NCBI GenBank assembly: GCA_964570855.1
Contig: CAZMZR010000003.1
Location: forward strand, 4,684 to 68,683
DNA length: 64,000 nt
Direction of reading: 5' to 3'
Origin: an uncultured Pirellulales bacterium
GTDB lineage: Bacteria > Planctomycetota > Phycisphaerae > Sedimentisphaerales > Anaerobacaceae
Shown one piece after another: positions 16,678-27,438 of the stretch (its first letter is position 1; the number at the start of each line of letters is the position of its first letter). The position numbers and the translations under genes are program-made. The notes below the pieces were generated by a model, which saw only the letters and a list, made by a program, of their open reading frames with translations, ran no database searches and was not told where the DNA came from.

Positions 16678-19600
16678 ATGAAAAAGAAAAGACTTACAAA
16701 CCTCGCTATATACTTGCTCGCACTGGTTTTCGCACCAATTATATCCGCTGATGTAACGGAACGATTTGCCTCCGACGAAATTATCGTAAAATTCCGTGAA
16801 AATGCCGCTAATATCATTGAAAAACAATTAGACAACCCGGTCGATACTATCAATATATCTCCACAGATAAGCCAGCTCAATACAAAGTACCAAATAAGGC
16901 AGATAAGCCCTCTTTTAAAAGGCTTTCGAACCAAACATCAACAGCTACAATCACTCAGTCATAAAAGAGCTGACCTTTTAACGCAGAAAGATAAACGCAT
17001 TCTCAGAAGACTACAGCGAATGCCCGCGAACGGAACAATCCCGAATCTTGAACGAATCTACAAGATAAAACTCGATTGTCCGACCGAACAATCACTCCAG
17101 GAAGCTCTTGAGGCCTATAGAAATAATCCAGAGGTCGAATATGCCGAGCTAAATTATAAAGCATCAATAGAATCCGCTCCTAATGATCCTTTATATATTA
17201 ATCAATGGTCACTGAGCAAAATAAATGCACCGGATGCATGGGATATTTACACTGGAAGCTCAAAGATAATCGTTGCAGTCTTAGACACAGGTGTAGATTA
17301 TGATCACAGAGATATAGCGGGTAATATGTGGATCAACGATGATGAATACGAAGGCATTGAGGGAATCGATGACGACGATAACGGTTACATTGACGACCTG
17401 TATGGCTATAACTTTATCTATAATACTGAAGATCCATTTGACGATCATGGTCATGGAACACACTGCGCAGGTATAATCGCCGCTAAAGGTAACAATGAAC
17501 TCGATATATCCGGAGTATGCTGGAACACCAGGATAATGGCCCTGAAAGCCTTCAACTACGATGCAGGTGGATACACACACGACTTAGTTGAAGCAATTTT
17601 TTACGCTGTAGCAAACGGAGCTGATATTATTTCCAACAGTTGGACAATCGATGATGTGCCTAACGAATTACAGTCAATCAAAGAAGTGTTTGAATATGCC
17701 TACAGCCAGGGAGTAATATCAGTTGCAGCAGCCGGTAATCAAAACACAGATTCACCAAGATATCCAGCTTATTATCAGAATGTAATTTCCGTAGCAGCAA
17801 CTAACTCACAAGACGACAGGTGGATTGATACTAATACCGGTTTAGGTTCTAATTATGGCGATTGGGTGGATATAGCAGCACCTGGAGTTAATATTTTGTC
17901 ACTAAGAGCTTCAAATACCGGAGAAGGCGTACTCTATAACCAATATGCAACCAGTTTAACTGGCACTTCTATGGCCTGTCCCCATGTTGCAGGTGCCTGT
18001 GCACTTTTACTATCCGCTAATCCAACGATGAAATATCGCGAAGTTTATAATAAACTTATTGAGACAGCCGACCCGATTTCACCGGGAATTTGCAGATCAA
18101 ATGGACGTCTTAATCTTTCCAAAATAATGCAGGCAGTAGTGCCCACTCAAGGATATATCAATTTTGATCAAGATTATTATACCCATACAAGTAAAGTGGG
18201 TTTATTGTTGTCGGACCGAGACCTTAAGGGCAATGGTAGCCATGAAGTCACCGTCACAACTCAAAAAGGGGATATAGAAAATATAGTACTATACGAAACA
18301 GAAGCTGCTTTTGGTGTATTTACCGCTAAAATTTCTATCAACACAGGATCACCCAATATAAACGATGGCATATTACAGGCATCTTCCGGTGAAATTATTA
18401 CCGCAACATATTTTGATCCCGATGAAGGTTTGGGTAATTCGACATCCACGGATATCGCCTTCATAGATTATGAAGCACCGATATTAACAAACATGCAAAT
18501 TGAAGTTCAGGCACGCCAGGCTACGATAACGCTGACAACCAATGAATCAACCAAAGCTATAATCCGTTACGGATTGGTACCTGACGATGAACAATTCACT
18601 TCGTCCGAAAACCTTACTTTGACTACGGGTCACACTTTCACGCTTCAACCTCTCAATCCTGAAACAGATTACTACTTTGTTATTGATTTGATCGATGTGG
18701 CGGGAAATGAAGTCTCAGTCGAAAATAATAACCAGTATTATTTGTTTTCAACATCTTCAGATACTATCGGTTTCCGCGTGCCGGAGGCTTATTCAACCAT
18801 TCAGTCAGCAATAAATAACGCTTCCGACGGGGATACGATATGGGTCGCCGACGGTCGCTATACCGGCACAGAAAATAAGAATATAGACTTCAAAGGAAAA
18901 GCCATCACCGTTAAAAGTGAAAACGGACCTGATAACTGTATTATTGACTGCCAAAGCCAGGGGTTCGGATTTTACTTCCGCATGGGTGAAGGACTTAACT
19001 CAGTCCTGGATGGTTTCACTATATGGAATGGAAACGTCAGTGGACGCGGCGGGGGAATTTATTGCGACCAAAGCAGCCCTACAATCATCAACTGCATTTT
19101 CTCGGACAATACAGCCGGACAATATGGTGGTGGAATGTATAACTTCAATAACAGCAATCCATTATTAATTAACTGCTTATTCGCACAAAACTCCGCAGGC
19201 ACAAATCAATCCGATTCCGGCAACGGCGGAGGAATCTGCAATCTTGCTAATAGCAATCCAACACTGATTAACTGCGAGTTCTTCAAAAATTCTGCTACTT
19301 ACCAAGGAGGTGGAATATATAATGAAGAAAACAGCAGTCCAACTATAATTAAATGTTTCTTCTACGAAAACGATTCAAGAAACGGTGGTGGTATATATAA
19401 CTTCTCTAACAGTAATCCGGTACTGACCAACTGCATATTCGTTGACAATTCTGCCAAATTCGGCGGTGCTATACAAAATGCCTCTTCAATTAACCTCGAG
19501 CCTTCGATAACCACTCTTATTAACTGCACATTATTCAGAAACAGTGCCGAAAAAATGGGCGGCGCAATTATGAACTCCTCGGGCGGCGCTTCCATACTGA

Positions 19601-20478
19601 ACAACTGCATTCTCTGGGACAACAATGACCTCGATGGTTCGGACGAATCGGCTCAAATCAATAATTCTACCGGCAGTCAAAATACAATCGTCAATTATTC
19701 CTGTATCCAGGGCTGGACCGGAAATATGCAAGGCATTGGTAACATTAATGAAGACCCGGTCTTTTTCGATGTAGATAAAGATGACTATCACTTAAAAAGT
19801 ACAGGCTGGCGATGGGATAATCTACGACAACGATGGCACTACGATGACATAACAAGCCCATGTGTTGACTCAGGTAATCCAGGCTCACCTTTGAAAGATG
19901 AATTGCCGGCTATACCTGGTGATGCCACAAATGAATGGGGAATTAACTTACGTATAAATATGGGGGCATTCGGTGGTACAGCCGAGGCAAGCATGGCCCC
20001 GCACAACTGGAACCTGCTGGGAGATTTGAATAACGACGGAAATGTCAACCTAAAGGACTTTGCGGCTCAAATCCAAACCTGGGCGGGAACTGAAAATGAG
20101 CTCCCGGGTGATTTGGATCGAAACGGTACCGTGGATAGAACAGACCTTACAATGCTGGCAGACGATTGGCTGGAATATATAAAGCCACCTTATGTGAATA
20201 TCACATATCCAACTGACGGTGGAGTTTTTGATGGACCGGCTGCTGAAGTCCTGATCGAAGTTGAAGCATGGGATACGAATGGTTCGGTAGTCAAAATGGA
20301 ATTCTTTGCCGATGGAATTAAGATAGGAAAAGACAACAACGGTTCCGACGGCTGGAGTTTCAACTGGACAGAGCATTCTGTCGGCGAATATTATCTTACC
20401 GCAAGAGCAACAGACAACGGAGGAGCAATCACAACTTCAAGCCAGATTGTAATCTGGATTATACCACTACGTGATTAA
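16678..20478 (+). CDS. secreted multidomain subtilisin-like serine protease (S8) with beta-helix repeats, dockerin-like pair and Ig-like C-terminus
   Basis: Signal peptide. I9-like propeptide. Catalytic D/H/S (LDTGVDYDH, HGHGTHCAG, GTSMACPHVAG). Fn3-like segment. PbH1-type repeats. GDLNNDGNVNLKDF and GDLDRNGTVDRTDL (dockerin-type Ca loops). Confidence 0.9.
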   Translation: MKKKRLTNLAIYLLALVFAPIISADVTERFASDEIIVKFRENAANIIEKQLDNPVDTINISPQISQLNTKYQIRQISPLLKGFRTKHQQLQSLSHKRADLLTQKDKRILRRLQRMPANGTIPNLERIYKIKLDCPTEQSLQEALEAYRNNPEVEYAELNYKASIESAPNDPLYINQWSLSKINAPDAWDIYTGSSKIIVAVLDTGVDYDHRDIAGNMWINDDEYEGIEGIDDDDNGYIDDLYGYNFIYNTEDPFDDHGHGTHCAGIIAAKGNNELDISGVCWNTRIMALKAFNYDAGGYTHDLVEAIFYAVANGADIISNSWTIDDVPNELQSIKEVFEYAYSQGVISVAAAGNQNTDSPRYPAYYQNVISVAATNSQDDRWIDTNTGLGSNYGDWVDIAAPGVNILSLRASNTGEGVLYNQYATSLTGTSMACPHVAGACALLLSANPTMKYREVYNKLIETADPISPGICRSNGRLNLSKIMQAVVPTQGYINFDQDYYTHTSKVGLLLSDRDLKGNGSHEVTVTTQKGDIENIVLYETEAAFGVFTAKISINTGSPNINDGILQASSGEIITATYFDPDEGLGNSTSTDIAFIDYEAPILTNMQIEVQARQATITLTTNESTKAIIRYGLVPDDEQFTSSENLTLTTGHTFTLQPLNPETDYYFVIDLIDVAGNEVSVENNNQYYLFSTSSDTIGFRVPEAYSTIQSAINNASDGDTIWVADGRYTGTENKNIDFKGKAITVKSENGPDNCIIDCQSQGFGFYFRMGEGLNSVLDGFTIWNGNVSGRGGGIYCDQSSPTIINCIFSDNTAGQYGGGMYNFNNSNPLLINCLFAQNSAGTNQSDSGNGGGICNLANSNPTLINCEFFKNSATYQGGGIYNEENSSPTIIKCFFYENDSRNGGGIYNFSNSNPVLTNCIFVDNSAKFGGAIQNASSINLEPSITTLINCTLFRNSAEKMGGAIMNSSGGASILNNCILWDNNDLDGSDESAQINNSTGSQNTIVNYSCIQGWTGNMQGIGNINEDPVFFDVDKDDYHLKSTGWRWDNLRQRWHYDDITSPCVDSGNPGSPLKDELPAIPGDATNEWGINLRINMGAFGGTAEASMAPHNWNLLGDLNNDGNVNLKDFAAQIQTWAGTENELPGDLDRNGTVDRTDLTMLADDWLEYIKPPYVNITYPTDGGVFDGPAAEVLIEVEAWDTNGSVVKMEFFADGIKIGKDNNGSDGWSFNWTEHSVGEYYLTARATDNGGAITTSSQIVIWIIPLRD
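19048..19626 (+). repeat. about 7 tandem parallel-beta-helix (PbH1-like) repeat units inside the protease CDS
   Basis: Recurring GGGIYN-x-x-NS-x-P-x-(L/I)INC-x-F-x-x-NSA units of about 22-30 aa, read in the translation. Confidence 0.6.
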
Positions 20479-20628
20479 AAAAAGAGTCGGCCAAAATTAA
20501 GCTATGGCATAATTGATAGATCAATCTCGATTTACTTGTCTTTTGATAGCACATAGAAGTCATACATCTTATCTTTCGAAAAAGTATATGATGTTCCTTG
20601 GTTATCCCATCGAGAAAGGTAAAATTAT

Positions 20629-20657
20629 TTGACTACAAAGCAGAGTTTAATTACAAT
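20629..20657 (+). promoter_or_regulatory. sigma-70-type promoter TTGACT-17nt-TACAAT
   Basis: TTGACT 20629-20634, TACAAT 20652-20657. The GTG start of coaE is at 20666. Confidence 0.35.
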
Positions 20658-20665
20658 TTGTATCC

Positions 20666-21280
20666 GTGTGTAAGGCTGGAAAGAAACCAATTATCGGGAT
20701 ATTAGGTGGTATTGCCTCAGGTAAAAGTACCGTCGCCGCTGAATTTGTTAAATTAGGCTGCAAGGTTATCGATGCCGATAAAATCGCCCATAAGGCACTC
20801 GAAAAAAAAACTGTAAAAGAAAAAATTCTGGAATATTTCGGCCCGACGATTTTAGATCGAGAAGGCAAAATTGACCGCAGGAGATTAGCCGAGATTGTTT
20901 TTGCCGATGCCGAAAAACTTGCCTTACTTAACAGGGTAATTCATCCTCTTGTTTTCGAACAGGCCGAGCAACTCATAAAAAAATACAATGACCAAAAACG
21001 AGTCAAGGCAATCGTACTGGACATACCTCTACTGGTTGAAGTTGGCTGGTTTGAACGATGTGATAAGATTATTTTTGTAAATTGTGAGCCTGAATTAAGG
21101 GCAAAAAGAGCCGAAAAAATGGGTTTTAATAAAAATCAGCTTAAAATTAGAGAAAATTTTCAAATTTCTCTGGACAAGAAGGTTAAGCTCACCGATAATA
21201 TCATTGAAAACAATTCAGGTTTCTCGGCATTAGTCAGGCAGGTCGCTGATATTTTCTCTTATATTGTGGGTAATTATTAA
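20666..21280 (+). CDS. coaE: dephospho-CoA kinase
   Basis: IIGILGGIASGKSTVA P-loop at the N-terminus, typical CoaE length. GTG start; no in-frame ATG is available. Confidence 0.85.
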   Translation: MCKAGKKPIIGILGGIASGKSTVAAEFVKLGCKVIDADKIAHKALEKKTVKEKILEYFGPTILDREGKIDRRRLAEIVFADAEKLALLNRVIHPLVFEQAEQLIKKYNDQKRVKAIVLDIPLLVEVGWFERCDKIIFVNCEPELRAKRAEKMGFNKNQLKIRENFQISLDKKVKLTDNIIENNSGFSALVRQVADIFSYIVGNY

Positions 21281-21486
21281 GAGGGGTTAATTACAGATCG
21301 TTCGTGTTAGTAATACCCGTTTTATATAACAAATTAATTTAACTTCTGCTATTCAAAGTTCAATTCCTATTGAAATCCTACGGGAAATGGGAAAATTGTT
21401 CTGTGGAATTGTACTTTTACCGCCGATGCCGGCGGAGACAGGCTCCGCAGGGGTGGTAAGAAATTTTAACAAATGAAAAAGGAGTA

Positions 21487-22986
21487 ATGATGGCTAAAGC
21501 TGTAAAAAGCACAACCAAAAAACGAAAGACCTCAAAGAAAAAGGCAGTCAAAGAAGAGCAAGCTGTTACCGAACAAACCGAGGAAAACCAGCCGGAGACT
21601 GAACCGGTAACTGCTACGGCAACGGCCGAGGAAACCGCCGCTCCGGAAACTGAGGACCAAGTCCAGGAAGCTGAAATGACGGATGAGGAATCAACTCATG
21701 CCAAATACGAGCGGATTAAAAAAGGCAACTTATATTTAACCGACCTGCAGAAACTCACTGTCGCAGAACTGCACGAGATTGCCAAGAACGATAATATTAT
21801 CGAATACAGCGCTCTTAAAAAGCAGGATTTGATTTTCCGTATTCTAAAAGAACGCATCCGCCAGAACGGGCTTATGTACGGCGAAGGTGTTTTGGAAGTG
21901 CTGCCCGACGGTTATGGATTTCTGCGAAATCCGGACTATAATTATTTGTCATCGTCTGACGATATCTATGTCTCTCCTTCTCAGATAAGACGTTTCGGCC
22001 TGCGAACAGGTAATATCGTCTCAGGCCAAATTAGACCGCCGAAAGATTCTGAAAAGTATTTTGCCCTTCTGCGAGTTGAAGCAATTAATTTCGAAAATCC
22101 CGACAATCTCGCAGAAAAAATAGTATTCAGTGATTTGACACCATTGCATCCGGAACAACGCTTTATCCTTGAGACATCATCGGAAGAGCTGAATATGCGG
22201 ATCATTGATTTGGTTACTCCGGTAGGTAAAGGTCAGCGTGGTCTTATTGTTGCTCCGCCTCGAACCGGCAAGACGATTCTGCTGCAGAAAATCGCAAATG
22301 CATTGAGCACCAATCATCCAGAAATCAAACTGATAGTGTTGCTAATCGACGAACGTCCCGAAGAAGTGACAGAAATGGCGAGGAAAACCGCAGAAGACGT
22401 AGAGGTGATCAGTTCGACCTTCGATGAGCCGGCGGCACGTCATTGCCAAGTGGCCGAAGTTGTTATAGAAAAAGCAAAACGACTTGTCGAGTACGGCGTA
22501 GATGTAGTGATACTACTGGACTCGATAACACGCCTTGCCCGTGCCTATAACACCGAGATGCCACACTCTGGCAGAATCCTGACCGGTGGTGTTGACGCCG
22601 GTGCAATGCAGATGCCCAAGAAGTTTTTCGGAGCGGCAAGAAATATCGAAGAAGGCGGTTCACTTACCATTTTCGCAACGGCATTAATCGACACAGGCTC
22701 GAAAATGGATGAGGTGATTTTTGAAGAGTTCAAGGCAACCGGAAATATGGAATTGCACCTTGACAGGCGTCTTGTTGACAGAAGAACATGGCCGGCAATA
22801 GACATTAGCCGAAGTGGTACCAGACGTGAAGAACTCCTGCTCGACCCCAAAGAGCTTCAACTGATATATCGGCTGCGAAGAGTTCTAAGCGAATTAAACC
22901 AGGTTGAAGCAATCGAACTGCTGAAAAGCAGACTTGCAAAGACAAGGACCAACGCCGAATTCCTGATGACGATGAACATGGATTAG
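21487..22986 (+). CDS. rho: transcription termination factor Rho (with about 75-aa low-complexity N-terminal extension)
   Basis: [12 protein letters not shown]-binding domain. Walker A PPRTGKT. C-terminal Rho ATPase domain. The N-terminus is K-rich, then E/T/A/P-rich. Confidence 0.95.
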   Translation: MMAKAVKSTTKKRKTSKKKAVKEEQAVTEQTEENQPETEPVTATATAEETAAPETEDQVQEAEMTDEESTHAKYERIKKGNLYLTDLQKLTVAELHEIAKNDNIIEYSALKKQDLIFRILKERIRQNGLMYGEGVLEVLPDGYGFLRNPDYNYLSSSDDIYVSPSQIRRFGLRTGNIVSGQIRPPKDSEKYFALLRVEAINFENPDNLAEKIVFSDLTPLHPEQRFILETSSEELNMRIIDLVTPVGKGQRGLIVAPPRTGKTILLQKIANALSTNHPEIKLIVLLIDERPEEVTEMARKTAEDVEVISSTFDEPAARHCQVAEVVIEKAKRLVEYGVDVVILLDSITRLARAYNTEMPHSGRILTGGVDAGAMQMPKKFFGAARNIEEGGSLTIFATALIDTGSKMDEVIFEEFKATGNMELHLDRRLVDRRTWPAIDISRSGTRREELLLDPKELQLIYRLRRVLSELNQVEAIELLKSRLAKTRTNAEFLMTMNMD

Positions 22987-23086
22987 GCCGACATAGCATA
23001 AGGACGCCATTTTAAAAAGCCCGCTTGATTCGCAGGTTTGCGCCTGATTGTTCTCTTTACATTACAGTTTTTTTATATTAAAATCA

Positions 23087-23121
23087 AATTCCGGTCGTTA
23101 TTATTATGCCGGAATTTTTTT
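23087..23121 (+). terminator. intrinsic terminator after rho
   Basis: AATTCCGG (23087-23094) / CCGGAATT (23109-23116) form an 8-bp stem with a 14-nt loop, followed by a T-run to 23121. Confidence 0.65.
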
Positions 23122-23149
23122 ATTAACAAATGTCGAAATCCGGTGAATC

Positions 23150-26100
23150 ATGAGCGAACAACTATCGAAAGTTTACGAACCTAAAGCAATTGAGCAACAG
23201 GCAAATGTAATATGGTCTTCGCAACCATACTTTCACGCCGAACCTTCGGGCGACCACGAAAAAGCCTACACTATTGTAATTCCTCCGCCTAATGTAACCG
23301 CCCCGCTGCACCTCGGGCATGCGCTTAACAATACCCTGCAGGATATCCTTATCAGATACCGCCGGATGCAGAATTATAATACCTTGTGGATGCCGGGAAC
23401 CGATCATGCCGGCATCGCTACTCAAACCGTAGTAGAGAAGCGAATACTTTCTGAAGAAGGCAGAAAACGTACCGATTTCGAACGGGGAGAATTTGTCGAA
23501 CGTGTACAGGCATGGAAGGATGAGTATGAACAGCGAATCATAGACCAACTAAAAGCGATGGGCTGCTCGTGCGACTGGCAGCGGACGCGATTCACAATGG
23601 ATCAGGTATGCGCCAAAGCCGTGCGGGCTGCGTTCTTTAAGCTCTTTAAGGACGGTTTAATTTATCGAGGCAAAAGATTAGTCAACTGGGACCCCGCAAC
23701 ACAAACGGTATTGGCCGATGATGAAGTAGAGCATGAGACGGTCCAGGGGCATTTCTGGTATATGAGATATCCTCTCGTTGAACCGGTTGACATTGCGGGC
23801 AAACGAATTGAATATGTGACCGTAGCAACAACCCGGCCGGAGACCATGCTCGGCGACACGGCCGTCGCTATGAATCCGACGGATAACAGGGCGGAATATC
23901 TGGTTGGTAAGAAAGTCCGGCTCCCGATTGTCGGTCGTATAATTCCCATCATTGCCGATGAGCATGTCGTTCTGCCAAATCCGGAAAGCGAGGATGAAAA
24001 AGCAAAATTTTCCACCGGCTTTTTGAAAGTGACGCCGGCCCATGATCCTGATGACTGGGAAATCGGCCAAAGACACGGCCTTGAAATTATCAATGTAATG
24101 GCTCCTGACGGCTCGATCAGCGATAAGCACGGCTGGACGGATGCCGGTGAGCCGGAAGCCCAGTCTCTGTTAGGTATGGACCGTTTCGAGGCGCGCGAAG
24201 CGATTGTCGAATGGTTCCGCCAGGAGAATCTGCTCGAAGAGGTACGCGAATATACCCACGAAGTCGGGCACAGCTATCGAAGTCACGTCCCCATCGAGCC
24301 ATATCTGTCTGACCAGTGGTATATCGCCGTGAAAAAGCCCATCGACCACCTGAAAGAGAAAATCGGCGGAGGACCTATCGATGGCACGGATGTACCGGCC
24401 AATTCCTTAGCAGGTCTGGCGTTAAAACCACTGCTTGACGGCCGATTGCGATTCATCCCCGAACGTTACTCCAAAACCTATCAAACATGGTTAGAGAACC
24501 TCCGGGACTGGCCCATCAGCCGACAACTCTGGTGGGGACACAGAATACCTATATGGAGTAAAACGTATCATTTAACATTAAAGAATTGGGAAAGAATCGT
24601 CCTCGAGGAAGATGGATTAGATCATTTCTCTGTTTATGATCCTATAAAAACGGGTTTTGCATGGCAGATTATTAATATCGATTCGGGTCAACAAATACTA
24701 AATCCGCAAAGCGAGTTAGTCCCGATTACAAAAGAAACTGAAGGCGAATACATAGTCTATATATGCCCTGGATCCGATTCAAAATGGACAGAGGAGGGAC
24801 TACAAAAAGCAGGTTACACACAGGATACAGATGTCCTTGATACGTGGTTTAGTTCGGCGTTGTGGCCGTTCAGTACTATGGGCTGGCCGGAAGATACGCC
24901 GGAACTGAAATCATTCTATCCGGGTGACGTACTCTGCACCGCACGCGAGATTATTACATTATGGGTCTCGCGAATGGTAATGATGGGCCAATACTGCGTT
25001 GGAGATATTCCCTTTAGTGACGTCTATATTCATGCAATGATTCAGGACGGCGAAGGACGCAAGATGTCAAAGAGCCTTGGCAACGGAATCGACCCGTTAG
25101 TAGCTATCGACAGCCACGGAGCAGATGCGATGCGATTCACGTTGGCCAGCATGACAACCGACACACAGGATATTAGAATGCCTGTGGCCCAGATGACACT
25201 GCCCGACGGCCGCCAGACCAATACATCTCCCAAGTTCGATCTCGGCAGAAATTTCTGCAACAAGCTCTGGAACGCCTCGCGCTTTGCTATGATGAACCTC
25301 GAGGGGATAGACCCGGCAAAATTCGACGCCGACAAAATGGATATTACCGATAAATGGATTCTCTCCCGATTGGCCGGGACGATATCCCAAGTGACCGAGT
25401 CCCTGAATGACTTCAAATTCAGCGATCCATTATCTCAGCTATATAAGTTCTTCTGGAACGATTTTTGTGACTGGTATCTTGAATGGGCCAAACCCAGAAT
25501 GCAGGACGAGCAACAAAAGCCTATCGCCCAGAGTGTTTTGGCATTTGTACTGGACCAAACTTTGCGTTTATTGCATCCTTTTGTGCCGTTTATCACCGAA
25601 GGAATATTCCAGAAACTAAATGAAACAGCACCTATAAGAAAACTCCAGGGAATAGCTCAGATCGAGCAGAACAATGCCCTGGTGGTCGCTCTTTGGCCGC
25701 AACCATTAGATTCATTGATTAACGATACAGCCGAACAGGATATAACGATAATCCAGAATCTGATACGAGCTGTAAGGGATGTCAAGAACAAATACAATGT
25801 TATGACTCTTGATGCTGTTTCGGCAAACGCGGAACAGAAAATATCACAGATACTAAACAAAAATGCAGAATTAATCTGTTCTATGGCAGGTGCTCAGGAG
25901 TTCCGGGCAGGACCCGATATTCTAAAACCTCGGAACGCAGCCACCGCTCTTGTCGAAGGCATACAGATTTACGTGCATAATGTTATCGATGTGGAAGCTG
26001 AAAGAAATCGGCTGGAAAAACAAAAGCAACAAATAGAAAAAGCCAAACAATCGGTTGAAACCAAACTGGCTAATGAAAACTTTATAACGAAAGCCAAACC

Positions 26101-26197
26101 TGAAGTAGTAGCTCAAGCTAAAGAAAGGCTCAGCCAGTTGACAGAGCAATTAGAGACCGTTACGAAACATATTCTGGAATTAGAACAAAGTGAATGA
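23150..26197 (+). CDS. valS: valine--tRNA ligase
   Basis: HIGH-type PNVTAPLHLGHA, KMSKSLGN, WWGHRIPIW, DVLDTWFSS. C-terminal coiled coil. Confidence 0.95.
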   Translation: MSEQLSKVYEPKAIEQQANVIWSSQPYFHAEPSGDHEKAYTIVIPPPNVTAPLHLGHALNNTLQDILIRYRRMQNYNTLWMPGTDHAGIATQTVVEKRILSEEGRKRTDFERGEFVERVQAWKDEYEQRIIDQLKAMGCSCDWQRTRFTMDQVCAKAVRAAFFKLFKDGLIYRGKRLVNWDPATQTVLADDEVEHETVQGHFWYMRYPLVEPVDIAGKRIEYVTVATTRPETMLGDTAVAMNPTDNRAEYLVGKKVRLPIVGRIIPIIADEHVVLPNPESEDEKAKFSTGFLKVTPAHDPDDWEIGQRHGLEIINVMAPDGSISDKHGWTDAGEPEAQSLLGMDRFEAREAIVEWFRQENLLEEVREYTHEVGHSYRSHVPIEPYLSDQWYIAVKKPIDHLKEKIGGGPIDGTDVPANSLAGLALKPLLDGRLRFIPERYSKTYQTWLENLRDWPISRQLWWGHRIPIWSKTYHLTLKNWERIVLEEDGLDHFSVYDPIKTGFAWQIINIDSGQQILNPQSELVPITKETEGEYIVYICPGSDSKWTEEGLQKAGYTQDTDVLDTWFSSALWPFSTMGWPEDTPELKSFYPGDVLCTAREIITLWVSRMVMMGQYCVGDIPFSDVYIHAMIQDGEGRKMSKSLGNGIDPLVAIDSHGADAMRFTLASMTTDTQDIRMPVAQMTLPDGRQTNTSPKFDLGRNFCNKLWNASRFAMMNLEGIDPAKFDADKMDITDKWILSRLAGTISQVTESLNDFKFSDPLSQLYKFFWNDFCDWYLEWAKPRMQDEQQKPIAQSVLAFVLDQTLRLLHPFVPFITEGIFQKLNETAPIRKLQGIAQIEQNNALVVALWPQPLDSLINDTAEQDITIIQNLIRAVRDVKNKYNVMTLDAVSANAEQKISQILNKNAELICSMAGAQEFRAGPDILKPRNAATALVEGIQIYVHNVIDVEAERNRLEKQKQQIEKAKQSVETKLANENFITKAKPEVVAQAKERLSQLTEQLETVTKHILELEQSE

Positions 26198-26269
26198 GTG
26201 GAAGTGGAGCAATAAACTGTCAAGCATATCGACTCATTGACCCATTTGTCGGGTAAAGGCGGTGCAAAA

Positions 26270-26665
26270 ATGGAAACGGAAGCCGAACTGTCACGGATAA
26301 TCATCAACGAAATGTCAGACCAGCAGATAATTGTCCTTAAAGAACGTCACGGCGAGCGAAGTTTCCCTATCGTAATCGGCATAGTCGAAATTTTTGCAAT
26401 CGACCGGCGTCTGAAAGGCATCAAACCCGCCCGGCCAATGACGCATGATCTGCTGGCGAATATCATTGAAAATCTCGGTGCAAAAATAGAGAAGATAGTA
26501 ATAAACGACCTGCGTCACCACATCTTTTTTGCAAAAATTCATTTGAGCCTGAACGGACGAAAAATCGAAATCGACTCACGGCCATCCGATGCAATTGCAC
26601 TTGGCACAGCAACAAGCGCCCCTATTTTTGTTGCTGAGCATGTTTTTGAGCAGGCTTCTCAGTGA
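26270..26665 (+). CDS. bifunctional nuclease (BFN/DUF151) family protein
   Basis: RPMTHDLL and SRPSDAIALG blocks. I prefer ATG 26270 (RBS AAAGGCGG) over the TTG at 26237 in the ORF track. Confidence 0.65.
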   Translation: METEAELSRIIINEMSDQQIIVLKERHGERSFPIVIGIVEIFAIDRRLKGIKPARPMTHDLLANIIENLGAKIEKIVINDLRHHIFFAKIHLSLNGRKIEIDSRPSDAIALGTATSAPIFVAEHVFEQASQ

Positions 26666-27200
26666 AAATGGTTGAAATAATCAGCAGTCCAATCCCCACG
26701 CACAGTAAACTGTCGGCAACATTAAAAGCAGGCCAGTGATAATCGCGATAATAGACATCAATGAAATCCCGTACCATGCCGCCGTTAAAAATTCTATCGT
26801 ATAGATTACCGGAGACTCCGGCGGCAAAAAAACCAAGAGCTACATGGACTAAAAACGGCTGTCGGCCGCTATTAAAAAAAACCACAACGATCACAATTAA
26901 TGCGATAATTGAAACCGCCACTAAAAAAAAAGTATTGCCGGCCATCATCCCCCAGGCGGCACCGTCATTGAGCGCCCTTACAAACTGCAAACAACCCTCA
27001 ATAACAGGATAAGTATGTCGATCATTAAGCCATTCGAAAACTGTCTTTTTGGTCCACAAGTCAACCATCAAACCGATCAGGGCCAGTGTCCAGAATGTCA
27101 GATGCGCTTTTAAATTCGGAAATATAAAGCTAAGATGCTTTGATGAAGCCTGGGTTATGTCAAGCCGGGCATTATTCTCATCTGTTTTGGCTTGTTTCAT
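26622..27200 (-). CDS. lspA: lipoprotein signal peptidase II
   Basis: NDGAAWG and WPAFNVADS motifs, four hydrophobic segments. Its 3' end overlaps the convergent BFN gene by 44 nt. Confidence 0.85.
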   Translation of the reverse strand: MKQAKTDENNARLDITQASSKHLSFIFPNLKAHLTFWTLALIGLMVDLWTKKTVFEWLNDRHTYPVIEGCLQFVRALNDGAAWGMMAGNTFFLVAVSIIALIVIVVVFFNSGRQPFLVHVALGFFAAGVSGNLYDRIFNGGMVRDFIDVYYRDYHWPAFNVADSLLCVGIGLLIISTIFTEKPAQKHAQQQK

Positions 27201-27348
27201 AAATGGTCTCTAATACACCATATAAACAGAATATAAAAACTTTCCATCGAATATTTCAAACGACACGGGATTATATCACAGTAAGTATTGCTGTCAAAAA
27301 CTTTTAGCTATAGATACGATTTTGCCCTCGCATACACTTTAACAACAT

Positions 27349-27377
27349 TTGACATAATCGGCAGGTTAATATATCAT
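27349..27377 (+). promoter_or_regulatory. sigma-70-type promoter TTGACA-17nt-TATCAT
   Basis: TTGACA 27349-27354, TATCAT 27372-27377. About 75 nt upstream of the gpmI ATG. Confidence 0.45.
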
Positions 27378-27406
27378 ATTGCGATTAGATTTGGCTGTAA
27401 ATTATG

Positions 27407-27438
27407 GACGAGGCATTGCCTCGTCTTTGTTGTCTTTG
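27407..27438 (+). promoter_or_regulatory. terminator-like hairpin plus U-tract inside the gpmI 5' leader (possible attenuator)
   Basis: GACGAGG (27407-27413) / CCTCGTC (27419-27425) with a 5-nt loop, followed by TTTGTTGTCTTTG. Ends 15 nt before the ATG at 27454. Confidence 0.4.

Noticed and set aside
23911-23920. GAAAGTCCGG, resembling the conserved RNase P RNA P4 motif
   Set aside because: It lies in frame inside valS (KKVRLP) with none of the other RNase P helices around it.
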